A stretch of DNA of 64,000 nucleotides from Callorhinchus milii (lineage: Eukaryota). The notes under the pieces were generated by a model that did no database searches, was not told where the DNA came from, and was given only the letters and a program-made list of their open reading frames with translations. The translations under genes were made by a program, and so were the position numbers. The stretch covers positions 19,718,001 to 19,782,000 of the forward strand of contig NW_024704743.1 of assembly GCF_018977255.1 (NCBI RefSeq), read 5' to 3'. Numbering within the stretch: the first letter of the stretch is position 1; each line of letters begins with the position of its first letter. Of the stretch, positions 1 through 12,324 are shown in pieces.

Positions 1-339
1 TAGATTTGGAAGATTGACAAGGTCAGCCTTCAGTGTGAAAACCTGAGTCACAATCACAAAGCAATTGTTCCCAAGAAGTAGTAAATGGGGCTTGAAGGGA
101 GATTAATGGTTATCTCTCACTTTTCAGTCTTTTTAAGAGTTAAGACTGTTTCTCTTCAACAGACTTCTGCAAATTTACTTTCCAGTACCTTATAATTCTG
201 ATTGATGTTATGTATTTGCTTCCTGACTGCAGAAAGGTCTGGTCCAGGTGAACAATAGCCTATGTTTTCATGTTTTACTGGTGGTATCTGTATTCTCAAC
301 ACGCCATCAAGTATTTCCAAAGACAAATGTTGCAGCAGC

Positions 340-960
340 ATCTACCACTGAGGGTTTGAGCTCATAGTCCAAAGGTTGATACTGTAGTGCAGTACTGAAG
401 GAGCATTGTATTATCAGAGGTTCCATCTCTTGGATGAGACATGAACCGAAGTCCCAACTAACCGTTCAGGGGGACATAATAGAGCCCTTGACACTATTCA
501 ATAGCAATGCGCATGTATATAGCCTCTTCTTGTCGGATAACACCTTGGAACAAAGTACAATGGCTTGGGTGGACATCAAGTAAGGAAGAAGGGGAGGGCT
601 GGTGGACTTTAGGCACAGTCGAAGAGGTAGGTTTTCAGACGGGATTTAAAGACAGATAAAGGTGGGTGGGGGATGGGGTAAGGTGGAGAGGTTGAGGCAG
701 GGAGTCTCAGAGCTTGGATTATTCAAAAAGAGAAGTGAAATTTCTCCCCTATATACTGACCAGCAATCCTCCAGATTAATCAATCACTAACCTCAAGGCC
801 CGTTTAATGGAAATGGCTGCTGCATCTGCCAACAGAAAAACACTCACTGCACTTTTTGGTAATTACTTGTGAAGTTGTTTTGACGTAATAGAAAGTTTTA
901 AAATTGCAAGTTGTTTCTGAGACACAATATGCAATTGCGCTGTATAAATCAGTTGTTGTC
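340..960 (+). mobile_element. Degenerate Deu-domain SINE interrupted by a minus-strand L2 3' remnant (about 500-715)
   Basis: gagacatgaaccgaagtccc...gttcagggggacataatagagcccttgacactattc resembles the DeuSINE core. It resumes at about 720 (attcaaaaagagaag...tggctgctgc). Confidence 0.6.
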
Positions 961-969
961 TGCAGTCTG

Positions 970-1628
970 CTCCGTAACATCGCCAGACTCCACCACTACC
1001 CCTTCAGGCTGCTGAAGCTCTTGTTCATGCCTTCATCGACTATGCAAACGTCCTGCTTGTCGGCCTTCCCAACTCCTCTCTCCACAGGCTGCAGATAATC
1101 CAGAACTCTGCAGCCCATGTGCTCTCCTGCATCAAACTCCGTGACCTCATCTCCCCCATTCTCGCCCGACTCCATTGGCTCCCTATCCTTCAGAGGATCC
1201 AGTTCAAGATCCTGATCTCACCTACAAAGCCCTCCATGGCCTCGCCCCACCCGACCTCTGAGACCTCCTAACCCCCTACCAACCCGCCCGTTCCCTCCGC
1301 TCAGCCGGCTCCGGCCTGCTCTACATCCCCCGACCCACCCTCCCCACCATTGGCGGGAGAGCCTTCAGCCACTCTGCTCCCAACCTCTGGAATTCCATCC
1401 CCCAATCACTCCACCTTTCCTCCTCCTTAGCCTCCTTCAAGTCCCGCCTCAAGACCCTCCTTTTAAACAATGCCTTTGGCCACCCCCTTTCCCCTCCCAT
1501 CCCTTCCCTTCTCCCCCCCCATCCCCCCCCCAAACCCAGCTCGGGTCTGAAATGCTATACGCTGTCCAGCGCCATGGAACATCCTCCCGACGTGAAAGGC
1601 GCTATACAAATGTAATTTTGTTGTTGTT
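970..1628 (+). mobile_element. L2 LINE, 5'-truncated 3' fragment
   Basis: Encodes broken ORF2 C-terminal motifs (LRNIARL, LHWLP..QRIQFK, LWNSIP). Ends in the stem-loop acatcctcccgacgtgaaaggcgc and a (TTG)n tail. Confidence 0.9.
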
Positions 1629-2060
1629 TAAATCTGTTGCTGTGTTACATTTAGAATTCTTTGATCAGGACCCATGAAAAAAGTCTGAAAAAAATTGTAA
1701 AATTCAACCTGATATAAAAGTATTTTTTCCAAAAAATCATTTTTCTCAAATGTCTGCCAAGCAGCTTTTTGACTCTACCTCATTTTAGTTTCTCCGTCAA
1801 TTTCATATACACAACACGGATGAGTGAACCGCACGGAGGTGGCAGCAACGTGTCTGGCATCATTATCTTCACTGTTCAGTGTTCATTGGCTTTGGCAACT
1901 TCTGAAGTACAGCTGTTTCTTGAAGCTGTTTTCCTGTCCAATAATGTGTTACAAACACAGGAGACGAGAATAACTGAGCAAACTGTTTACATCAGGGGCC
2001 ACGTTTCGCCCACAAAATATAGAGTCAATTCACTAAGCAGTATATTCTGTGAAGCGCTTT

Positions 2061-2820
2061 TGTAAGGTTTGCCGGAGCCCCAGTTTATTCAATACGAGTT
2101 GCCACAAAGATTCAAAGAAAAGGTCTTTATTCACACACAAGCAGCAACAGTCTCTGCATTAACGTTGATATGATTGGTCCTCTCCCGCACCAAACTTTGT
2201 GATCCCATCTCCCCCATTCTCGCCTGACTCCACTGGCTCCCTATCCTTCAGAGGATCCAGTTCAAGATCCTGATCCTCACCTACAAAGCCCTCCATGGCC
2301 TCACCCCACCCTACCTCTGCGACATCCTAACCCCATACCAACCCGCCCGTTCCCTCCGCTCAGCCGGCTCCGGCCTGCTCTACACAACTTCAACTATTTC
2401 AAAGTTACATCTTTCTTTTATGTGTTTCTAACTCCACCTCCCCTTGTCACAGAGATAGCTCCCATCCTTCACAGGCTGCTTTGCACAGAGAGAGATATGG
2501 ACAACTTCTGGGCAGAGCCTGCTTGTTTCTCAGCCTTGAGATAGGCAGGTGTCTGACGCTGCAGCCTTTTCTTTCTGTGGTCCATTGTTCTTACATCCAG
2601 GACCCGGTTGCACATTATCTCAGAGGAGTGAACATCTTCCCAGGAAAGTATGAAATGTAATCAGAAGCTAACCTCAACGGGTCCAGTGCAACTACATTTA
2701 AACCCTGCTAAGCTCGTCATTAAATCAAACAAAGAATTATGGGTAGAATACATTCTAAACATATATAAAAATTAATTAAAATCCTTAAAAAACATTAAAC
2801 ATTACAAATATAATCTTTCA
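2061..2820 (-). mobile_element. Solo LTR (ERV-like), 760 bp including an embedded L2 fragment
   Basis: TG...CA termini with 4-bp TSD CTTT (2057-2060 and 2821-2824). On the minus strand it starts TGAAAGA and ends CCTTACA, with a TATA-like CATAAAAAG (about 2414-2422) upstream of AATAAA signals (about 2084 and 2126). Confidence 0.8.
2177..2384 (+). mobile_element. Internal L2 fragment without 3' tail, inside the LTR
   Basis: Aligns by eye to 1120-1325 with about 14 differences in about 205 nt. Confidence 0.9.
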
Positions 2821-4159
2821 CTTTCAAATGTCTCGAAAATGTGATAAGGCGGTATCTCAAATGCAATGATTATTATTATTATTACGTCCTTAAAATGGCT
2901 GACACAAACCAGCCACCTTCGGTTTGTCTAATTCAAATCTGTGCGATAAGATTTGTACTATTCCTTAAAATGTTTCTCCTAAACTCCTTATTAGATCTGC
3001 TATTGGGTCTCTTTCTTATTTTATGACCTCTTGTTTTGGACTTGCCAACAAGTGAGAACACCTATGAAAATTGCCTTTATTGAACCTTTCATAATCTTAA
3101 ACACCTCTGTCAGATTTCCTCACAGTCGTCTCAATTTCAGAGAGAAAAAGGTGCAACCTGTTCAATCTTTCTTGCTGGCTGTATCCCTGGTAACATCACC
3201 CACAAAATACACACAGCCACACCACTTTACAGCATATCCTGTGAAGCACTTTGAGACGTCTTTACAAAATGATTGGCACAAACCAGCCACCTTTGGTTTG
3301 ACCAATTCAAAACTGTGTAACAGGATTTGTACTATTCCTTAAAAGGCACTAATCAAATGCAAGGAGAATTATTATAAATCTAAGATGTACTCTCTGTTGG
3401 CAGCAAAGAATTTGCCAAATTTTGAATGCTCTGAAAATGCTACATAAATAAAGTAAATTTAGACTTGGGTGGATATTCTTATCAGGTTGTTTTTATTTCC
3501 CCAGGTGGAAATGCCTAGGACAAATCGTTTACTTTTAGTGATTGGCTCAAAGACTTCAGGTCTAGACAGTCTGATTGCTACAACAACAAATTGTATTTAT
3601 ACAACCCTTTGGAGTTGGGAGGATGTCCCAAGGTGCTGATGTTTTTCTTTGGCAGATCAACTCCACAAAAGCAATAATAACCAAAAAAATAACTAGAGAC
3701 CAACGGACATCCCATATTTCACAAAGTTTATTTGCTCTTATCTTGGTGTCAAAAAATTGGTTCACTTGGATCTTGGGAGGAACCAACTACTTACCTGCGC
3801 AGCAGTGACATCTGCTGGTATTCGTGGTGAGGTCATTCAGCCTATCAAGTCTGTTCTACCTGTTTATTAGATTTCGACAGACCTTTTAATCCTAATGTAT
3901 CACCCTTTCACCATCCACCTTAATACCATTATTTTCCTTAAATCTAAAATAAGTGACATTTTAATGTATACCATTAATTTTACCCACCTTTACTTCAAAA
4001 CAGGGAAAGGTTGTGGCATCCTTTACACAAATGTTCATCCATTGTCCTTAAAGATATGGCTAACATCTATATGATGGGGTTTAACTTGTAAATTTACTCT
4101 AGGAGGGGCTAAGGCCACATTCTCCTTGGCAAAAAAAATTACTTTTAGCAATTAGCAAG

Positions 4160-4400
4160 GGCAAAACCTCGAGCAAGTTTCATTACTCCACACGCCCAAT
4201 AACAATCCTTCAAGAAAAAAACAATCATAAATTGGTCACTTCAATCTACGACTGTTTGTGGGACACTGCTGTGCGCAATTGCCGCGTTTCGCCCACAAAT
4301 GTACAGTCAATTCATTTTACAGTGTATCCTGTGAAGCGCTTTGAGACCTCTAGAAGACGTGAAAAGCACTGTAACAAATGCAAGCATTATTATTATTATT
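4160..4400 (+). mobile_element. tRNA-derived SINE, partial (internally deleted type)
   Basis: gggcaaaacctcgagcaagtttcattactccacacgcc...ctgtttgtgggacactgctgtgcgcaatt...gtgaagcgctttgagacc...(TTA)n. Confidence 0.8.
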
Positions 4401-5196
4401 AGCTGGGCTTGGCCCAAGTTTCAGAGATAATATCTAACACTTTTCTGGCCTGGATTACCAAGTCAAATGAACCCCAGGAAAGCAATATTAAGCAAAAAAG
4501 AAGCAAATAAAATCTCCCTCCACACAGAGCCACAGAAATTGCTGCATTAAAACTCCAAGAGAGGCAAGTCCACCAAGAGTTTCCAAAATGTTACAAAATT
4601 TGTTTTTAGACAAAAGCTAAAACTAAGGGATGTTCCAGCCTCCTGAAGCTAACAGGCATATCAATAGCGGAATTCCCTTGCCTGACTTTACCCACAAAGG
4701 CACTAGATTTCCGGAAGAGCACCACAATTATTATCCTTGTCATAGACAATTTGTGGCTCTCTTCATTCATTTCCTGAATATTGTAGAAGTCGTAGTTTGA
4801 CAAGATATGGTTTGGTGGGTTTCTTTCAGGAAGCCTTCCAGTCGACACTTCCCAATAGATCATCTACAGATGGGACCTAAGCACCCGCAGGGCTATTGCC
4901 CGATCAGATGAGGAACCATTTGGTCTGAACTGAGGCATGTACAGGCATAGCTCCAAGTTGGCTTCAGTGAATAATGTCATTACTCTGACTTATGCCAAGG
5001 ATTGAAAAGACAGCAGATGTATCCTGTTAAATCTGGCACATTTCAGAGGTTTTCCTGGGCTGGATGGCTGCTGATTCTGTACTTGGCCATCATTGTGGAA
5101 ACACCAGCCCTGGCTATTCCATCCTCCAATATCAACAGCTCATTCCTCCCAATATCCAAGGAAAGCTCATCATGATCCAGACCCTAGTGACAGGTT

Positions 5197-5510
5197 TATA
5201 TAATAATAACAATAATCTTTGCATTTTATATAGCGCCTTATCACGTCATTGATGTCTCAAAGCGCTTCACTGAATACACTGTAAAGTGAATTGACTGTAC
5301 TTTGTGGGTGAAACGCAGCAGACAATTGCGCACAGAAATGTCCCATAAACAGTTGTGCGTTGAGTGACCAAATAATTGGTTTTTTGGTTTTCTTGAAGGT
5401 ATTACTATCCCCAGAAAGTGATCTGCTAATCGACTAAGAACTGGGTTCCTACTTACTGCTAGATAATCAGGCATGTGGAGTAAGGAAACTTGCCTAAGAT
5501 TTAGGGGTTT
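5197..5510 (-). mobile_element. tRNA-derived SINE, head truncated
   Basis: Reverse complement of the family consensus: (AAT)n, gcgccttatcacgtc...ggagtaaggaaacttgcc. Confidence 0.85.
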
Positions 5511-6359
5511 ACAAAACATGTTCAATTAAGAGTTAGATTTGAACATGTTGACACAAACTGTATATATAAACATGTATATTTCCTCATGAGGACATTTGCC
5601 TACAAAATATATAATCACTAAAACAACAACTTGCATTCATATAAGCACCCTTCACCTAGGATAAGATCTCGGAGCCCTTTACAATGCCACTACACTTCAC
5701 AATAAATCCTACAAAGCGAAAAGGTGCTGTATCAAATGTAAGGCTTATTAAATATAGAATAATGGAATCGAGAGAGAAAGCAGGTGCTGCTAAAGTTCAA
5801 AGAATATGAATAAGAGGCTTAAGAAAAATGCTCTTTAGCCCTAACTTTTTGTTTTAGAAAGTCTGCTGCAACCACCACTAGTACATATAGATCAGCACTT
5901 AAATTTCAAAGAGCAATACTCTAAATCTACTCAGAAATTCCCCTTCATCTCAAAGGATGAGAGTGTGATTTGTAGGATGTAATATAAAATTGCATTAGCT
6001 TATAAATACCACCACATTGTAGTTATGTCATTTAAAGCACATTATCTGTATCCTAAAAATCCTCTATATAATTGTCCCACTGTGCCTCATTATATTTTCC
6101 TTCTATTGGATTGCCTGTGTGGATTTAGAACAGCAGGCATCAGCTAGGTTTTAAGAGTATGATCACTTGTATCCACCGCTTTCCCCATAGGCTTAGATTG
6201 ATCTTTATCTTGCTCACTAGTGATGCAGAAAACACTTTTTCTATCATCAAGGCTATTTTTGATGATCAGGCAGCCATATGTTACCTTTTCCAGAGGAGTG
6301 TTTCATGTATTATACAGAGAGCAAACCAATAGCATATATGTACTCCAAATATTAGAGGT

Positions 6360-6805
6360 ATCAGCCTTGATCAACTGGTAGCAATCTTACCTCCGAAGGT
6401 TGTGGATTCAAGCCACATGGCAGAACTTTAAACTCACATAGTCTAAGCTGATACCCTAATGCAGTTTTGGGGGACTGCTGTATTGTTGGAAGTGCTGTGT
6501 AAACAGTAAACTGAAGTCCAGTCTGCCTGCTCAAGTGAATATTAAAAATCCCATGGCACTATTCAAAAAGAGAAGGGAAACCTTCCCAATGTCCTGGCCA
6601 TCAATACCCCAATAAAATTGGTTACTTATCTTAAGACTATTCGAAAGCCTGTTCATTGTAAGACTTCATTGCTCTATGCAAATTGGCTGCTGTGTTTGCC
6701 CACAAAATACACAGCACCCACACTTTATAGTAATCCTGTGAAGTGCTTTCAGATATATTCCTAATGTGAAAGATGTTATACCAAATTTATGAATTGTTAT
6801 TTTAT
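6360..6805 (+). mobile_element. Deu-domain SINE (SacSINE1/AmnSINE1-like core), near full length
   Basis: tRNA-like head (tcagccttgatcaactggtagc...ggttgtggattcaagcc), Deu core gtctgcctgctcaagtgaatattaaaaatcccatggcactattc...gtcctggcca, and L2-type tail. Confidence 0.8.
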
Positions 6806-7039
6806 TATTAATTAAAGTTACTGTAGTTTAAGGTATGCATTAGTTGAGGTAGACAATATCACATAAAAAGGAGCCCCTCATTGGATTCAATGACAGAGGA
6901 CATTACTGTATTATAATAATCCTTGCATTTGATATAATGCCTTAGCACGTCGTCCATATGTCTTAAAGAGCTTCACCAGAATTCCTGTACAGTGGGTTCA
7001 CTTTGTATTTTTTGAGGGTGAAAACGGCAGCCAAATGGT

Positions 7040-7282
7040 GCACAAGAAGTTTGACCTCAGCATTTTCCAACTCCCTAAGCACTTTTGGTTGCTATGAACC
7101 TCCTGGGTGCTTCTCCTGGCGCGACAATGAATAAAATATTTTCCTTGTTTGTCTCTTGGCATTGTTAAAACTTTTTGATCCTTCTGCCAACTCCTGCAGT
7201 TGGTGGATGTGGTGTTTAAACAGCTTGTTATATCTTTCCAGGCCTGCCTCATGGTATGTGAAGTGAGGGAAAGGGGAAGCAC
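7040..7282 (-). pseudogene. Myb/SANT-like DNA-binding domain remnant, probably a PIF/Harbinger second ORF
   Basis: RQAWKDITSCLNTTSTNCRSWQK then, after a 1-nt frameshift, ...FNNAKR. Fits the AW.EI...VN......R...Q.KK.F.DLK pattern of Harbinger Myb-like proteins. The DNA is homologous to 9135-9189. Confidence 0.55.
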
Positions 7283-7616
7283 ATTGCCATTTTCAAGTAT
7301 AGATCTCTCCCCAAGGGATGATGAAGAAGGGTATTTCTGAATCAGTAAAATAATGACAATAATCCCTTGATTTGATATAGTGCCTTATCACATCTTCGAG
7401 ACATCTCCAAGTCCTTCACAGAATATACTGTAAAGTGAATTGACTGTATATTTTGTAGGCGAAACACGGCAGACAATTGCACACAGCATGCACCTTTTGT
7501 ATTTTCTGCCCCATGAATTTGCACATCTGGATTACAACCACCTGTTGCTGGGATTAAGAGCCTTGTTTAGTTGATAAATTATAATTATTACACATCAACT
7601 CTCATTGGACATCATA

Positions 7617-7960
7617 GTGGAGTCCTGTATCATAGGACATGGGTTTGATTCCCGACAAGGCGAAACATTGGACAAGTTTCCTTGCTCCACACGCCTCTGT
7701 TTACCTAGCAGTAAGTAGGAATCCGGTTGGTAGTCGATTGGCGGATTGCTTTTCTGGAGGTAATAATCCCTTCAAAAAAAAAAATAATTTGTTCAATCAC
7801 TGTCATGACTGTTTGTGAGACACAACTGTGCACAATTGGCTCCCACGATTTGCCTACAAATATACAGTCAATTCACTTTATAGTATATTCTGGGAACACT
7901 TTGAGACATCTCGAAGACGTGATAAGGCGCTATATCAAATTCAAGGATTATTATTATTAT
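7617..7960 (+). mobile_element. tRNA-derived SINE with CORE/Meta-like body and L2-type tail
   Basis: gtggagtcctgta...gggtttgattccc, ttggacaagtttcctt...ctctgtttacctagcagtaagtagg, tail gagacatctcgaagacgtgataaggcgc...(TTA)n. Confidence 0.85.
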
Positions 7961-8564
7961 AGTTCCGAAATTCCACCAACACTTAACCAGTAAAAAAAAT
8001 TATTTTAAAAGGAGAATCTATCTCCCTGGCATTACTTGGGTATCAGTAGCCTGATTTTGACACCTGTATATGGTGGATTAGCTGATGGCAGAGCGATTCA
8101 TAGCTGGAGATTGAAAGGAAGAAACCGTTGAACCTCACCACTGCAGACGATGCTTTTGGTGTGTCCTTTACTAAGAGTCAGGGCAGTAAACCCAATGAAA
8201 ATTGACTTTTCGATGAAACAGATGTGTTTGCTGAGTGATTCAGTGCTCTCTTATGTGATTCTTGCATTACTAAGACCATCTGACAGCTGGTATAATAGGT
8301 GTAATGATGAAGAGTTGGGATAAAATTGCTGATGTCCGTCAACAACACTATCATATTCACAGGAATATTTTCATCAACTTAAATATCTGTTGCTACAGCA
8401 GACATACACGGAGCAATACACAAGCAAACACACAGGGGACATTGTGCATCGAACAGGCCTCACTATTAATTGCACTAATGTTTTAGGTTTAATACTTGAA
8501 GCCAGTAAAATATCAGCAGATGTGTGTTAATTTTATGCCCATACATTACAATTGGAATTATTGA

Positions 8565-8753
<189 letters not shown>

Positions 8754-9119
8754 TAACACAGTGGAACCATCCGCAATGCTGGTTGGAAACACTAAGGGTA
8801 AAGAATGCCACTAATTCTAGCAACATTGATGATGTGTTTTATCGGGGCATGGAACTAGTGCACTTAACCACTATACTTCGCAGCATGATGACTTTCTCGC
8901 CTCTAGAGGAATCTATTTTAAGGGGAACAATGCCATTCCAGTCATTAAATATTGCTCTTTAATAAAGTCTATGTCCATTTCAAGCAGTGAATCCACAAGT
9001 TGAGGATGCAAGCCAAGCTTGTCCTGGCTGATTGTTGAATACAACAGTTCTTTCTTTTTTTTTGAGTCCAACACATGCAGAAACCAATCATCATGCTGAA
9101 GCGTATCCAAGCCAGAATG

Positions 9120-9203
9120 AGAATTCCACACATTTCTCTTGGCATTATTAAAGCTGTTTTGAACCTGCTGCCAAGTCATGCAGTTGGTGACCCTCCCTGT
9201 CAA
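9120..9203 (-). pseudogene. Second Myb/SANT-like remnant
   Basis: Translates GRVTNCMTWQQVQNSFNNAKRNVW. About 48 of 55 nt are identical to 7152-7205. Confidence 0.5.
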
Positions 9204-9416
9204 ACAAATGCTGGGTTGTTGGTTACCTTAATATGTTTTGCATCAGCATAACATCTAGGGGACATGGACTCAGGCTTGGAAGAGAGAGGGGAACAGACAG
9301 GTCAGATTTAATGGGTTTACACAGAAAGTGAGAACATTTTATTTTACATTATTTACCAGCCAAATGGACTGAAATGATCTTTTATGTCCCTGCATATCTC
9401 TGTTTCTAACTTGTTT

Positions 9417-11145
9417 CAACAACAATAACGGCAACTTGCACTTACATAGTGCCCTCCACATAGGGTAGTGTCTCGGAGCACTTAACAGTGGCGGAGCCTG
9501 ACTCCGAGCTGGGGCAAGGGGGGAGGTGGCCATAAGCACGGTCGAAGAGGAAAGTTTTCAGGTGGGACTTGAAAGAGGGGAGAGGTGGGGCAAGGCAGAG
9601 GGATTGAGGGAGAGTGTTCCAGAGTTTTGGGGCATAGTGGCTGAAAGTGTGACCTTCGATTGTGGAGCGGATGGTGCAAGGAACGAGCAGGAGGCTGGTG
9701 CCAGTCGAGCAGAGGTGCCGGGTGGTGGATTTGGAAGTTAGGAGGTCGGAGAGGTAGGGAGGTGCCAGGGAGTGAATGGATTTGAACACGAGAGTGAGGA
9801 TCTTGAAGTCGATCCGTTCGGTGATGGGGAGCCAGTGGAGGTTGGCCACAACTGGTGAGATGTGGGTATGAAATTTGGTCCGGGTTAGTATGCGGGCGGC
9901 AGAGTTTTGATTGAGCTGGATCTTGTGAATAGTGGAGCTGGGGAGACCGGTGAGGGGTGCGCTGGAGTAACCCAAGCAGGAGGTGACAAACACATGCGCG
10001 AGGGTTTCGGCTGCATTTGGGGTAAGGTACAGTCGGAAGTGGGCAATGTGGCAGAGGTAGAAGAAAGCGGCCCTGGTCAGGGACCAGATGTGGAGGAGGA
10101 TGGACAGCTGGGGGTCGAATCAAACGCCAAGGTTGCGTACTGGTGTGGTGAGTCTGAGAGAGAGCCCAGGGAAGTTGAGGAGTTTAGATCTGCAGGAGTG
10201 AAGATGCTGACGGGAGCCCAAGGAATATGGCTTCCATCTTGTCCACATTCAGCTGCAGGAAATTTACACTCATCCAGCCCTTGATGTCTGCCAGACAAGC
10301 TGATAGAACATCGGCGGTACTGGAGGAGGCAAATTAGATTTGTGTGTCATTCACATACATGTGGAAGTTTTCTTCTGGGGATGACATCACCCAGAGGGAG
10401 CATACAGATAAGAAAAAGAAGAGGACCAAGGATGAAGCCTCGGGGTACCCTGCAGGTGACCAGGCGGGGACGGGAGGAGAAACCATTTGCTGAGATGAAA
10501 TAGAGGCGGTTGGTTAAGCAGGACTCGAACCATGCGAGTGTGGTCCCACTAAGGTAGATGAGGAAGGAGAGCCAATGGAGGAGGATGGCATGGTCGACTG
10601 TGTCGAACACAGCAGAGAGATCCAGGAGGACGAGGAGGCAGAGGGAGCCCTGGTCCCAGATAGAGAGAATGTCGTTTGTGACTTTGACAAACACTGTCTT
10701 TGTGCTGTGGGGAGAGCGAAAAGCAGACTGCAGGGGCTCGAGGAGGGAGTGGAGGGAGAGGTGTGACTGAAGTTGACAACAATGCATTCCAGGGCTTTGG
10801 AAAGGGAGCGTAGGTTGGAGATGGGAAGGTAATGTGAGAGATAAGAAGGATGGAGGGTGGGTTTTTTGAGGAGAGGTGTGGTAACAACGGTTTTCAGAGC
10901 CTGAGGAGAGAGACTGATTGATTGTGTCGGCCATCAAGGGCGAGAGAAGGGGAGTTGAGTGACCAGCAGCTGGATGGGGAGGGGGTTGAGTAGCAGGTGG
11001 TGAACTTCATCTGAGTGATTGTGGTTGGGAGGGAGGAAGGAGGAATGGGGGCAAAGAAGTGTAAGGAGGGTCAAGTGGCAGGAGCCGTGGCGGAGGGAGA
11101 AGGTGGTGTGGATGATCTGGGTGGGGTGGAAGGGGACATGGGGGT
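9417..11145 (-). mobile_element. L2 LINE, about 1.7 kb, frameshifted ORF2 (RT domain and C-terminus)
   Basis: ORF pieces LLVLLDLSAVFDTVDH, VPRGFILGPLLF, FHMYVNDT (degenerate YADD), LHWLPITERIDFK, KLWNTLP. Tail type cgagacactaccctatgtggagggcact...(TTG)n. Confidence 0.95.
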
Positions 11146-11234
11146 TTCAGTAATACTATTATGGAAATGATGATATTAAAACCAAAACATTATAAGTGCT
11201 ATATCCATTTCAATGATTGACTTTGTTTATTATT

Positions 11235-11690
11235 TATTTGATTTGTGTACAGTACCTTTCACATAGGATGAATGTCTTAAAGTGCTTGGCAAAGATAATG
11301 AGGATCATTGAAACATGAGGAAAGAAGAGGGAGTTTGAGAGTGTTGACTAAAGGCACGGTCAAATAGATATGACGTTTTGAAGTTTTTTGAATGCAAGGA
11401 AAGTGAAAGGCAAGGAGATCTGGGAAAGAGTTCGAAAGAGTGCGGCATAGTGGCTTATGTCTCGGCCACTGATAGTAAAACAGAGGAAGTGAGAAACAAG
11501 CAGCAGAACGGAGTTGGAAGAGCAGAGGGCACACCAAAGAGAATAGGGCTTGAGGATAGAGAGGGACAAGATTGTTAACGGATTTGAAGATAAGGTGAGG
11601 AACTTTAAATGGATAAGCTGTTCGTACTGACAGCCTGAAGCTTGGCAAAGATGGAGTTAACATAAGTGCTTTCAGGCTCATTGTTACAGT
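11235..11690 (-). mobile_element. Older L2 3' fragment
   Basis: Minus-strand remnant ...FKVPHLIFKS...ISHYAALFRTLSQ...FKKLQNV of the L2 C-terminus, followed by a degenerate tail. Confidence 0.65.
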
Positions 11691-12324
11691 GGTTGATGCA
11701 TCATTATTATAAACCTACGCCTGAAAGGGCTTCTGCAAATTCTCAGAACTGGAAGCGAACATTGTTAGGTGAACAGCGTCTCCTTGAGCAGTTTGCAAGT
11801 AGATCTGGTGCAGTTTTAGAAAGATAAGCATCTGCTCACTTTAATTGATCCATTAAATTTATTTCAAGGAAAGCAGATGGAAAACTGAGATGATAAAACT
11901 GATAACCACTAAACGGTTGAGAAATGATTCTGCAGAGATCTGAATGATGCATTTGACTTTTCCCATCACCATTGGAAGCTGCTATCTCGCCTCGACATAT
12001 GCAGTAAAATAAATCAACTTTATCTCAGGAGTTAACTATGAAAATGAATGGGGAGCAAATTATAACTTCTGTACAACAGAGACAAGTCAAACATCCAGTT
12101 CAATTTCCAACACAAGAAATGGCTTCATAAATTTCTCAAGTTCTAATAGTCATCATCAGTGAATTCCAAAGGTTTTCCTCAGGAATTGAATACATTTTGT
12201 TTTATGCTGTTAAATCATTGATTTATTGTGGCTGCTCTACTTTAATACGTGAATACACCCAGTAATATCAAATGATGAGTTTCTGTCACCAAGGGGAAAT
12301 TATTCCATTACAAGGAAAGTAATA

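Larger units (their letters stand above)
1998..2884 (+). mobile_element. 3' part of tRNA-derived SINE, split by an LTR insertion at 2061-2820
   Basis: gtttcgcccacaaaatat...gtgaagcgcttt | LTR | ctttcaaatgtctcgaaaatgtgataaggcgg...(TTA)n. The two halves rejoin into the SINE 3' consensus seen elsewhere in the window. Confidence 0.85.

Noticed and set aside
4606..4863. 85-aa minus-strand ORF
   Set aside because: No recognisable motif; the region is probably degenerate repeat sequence.
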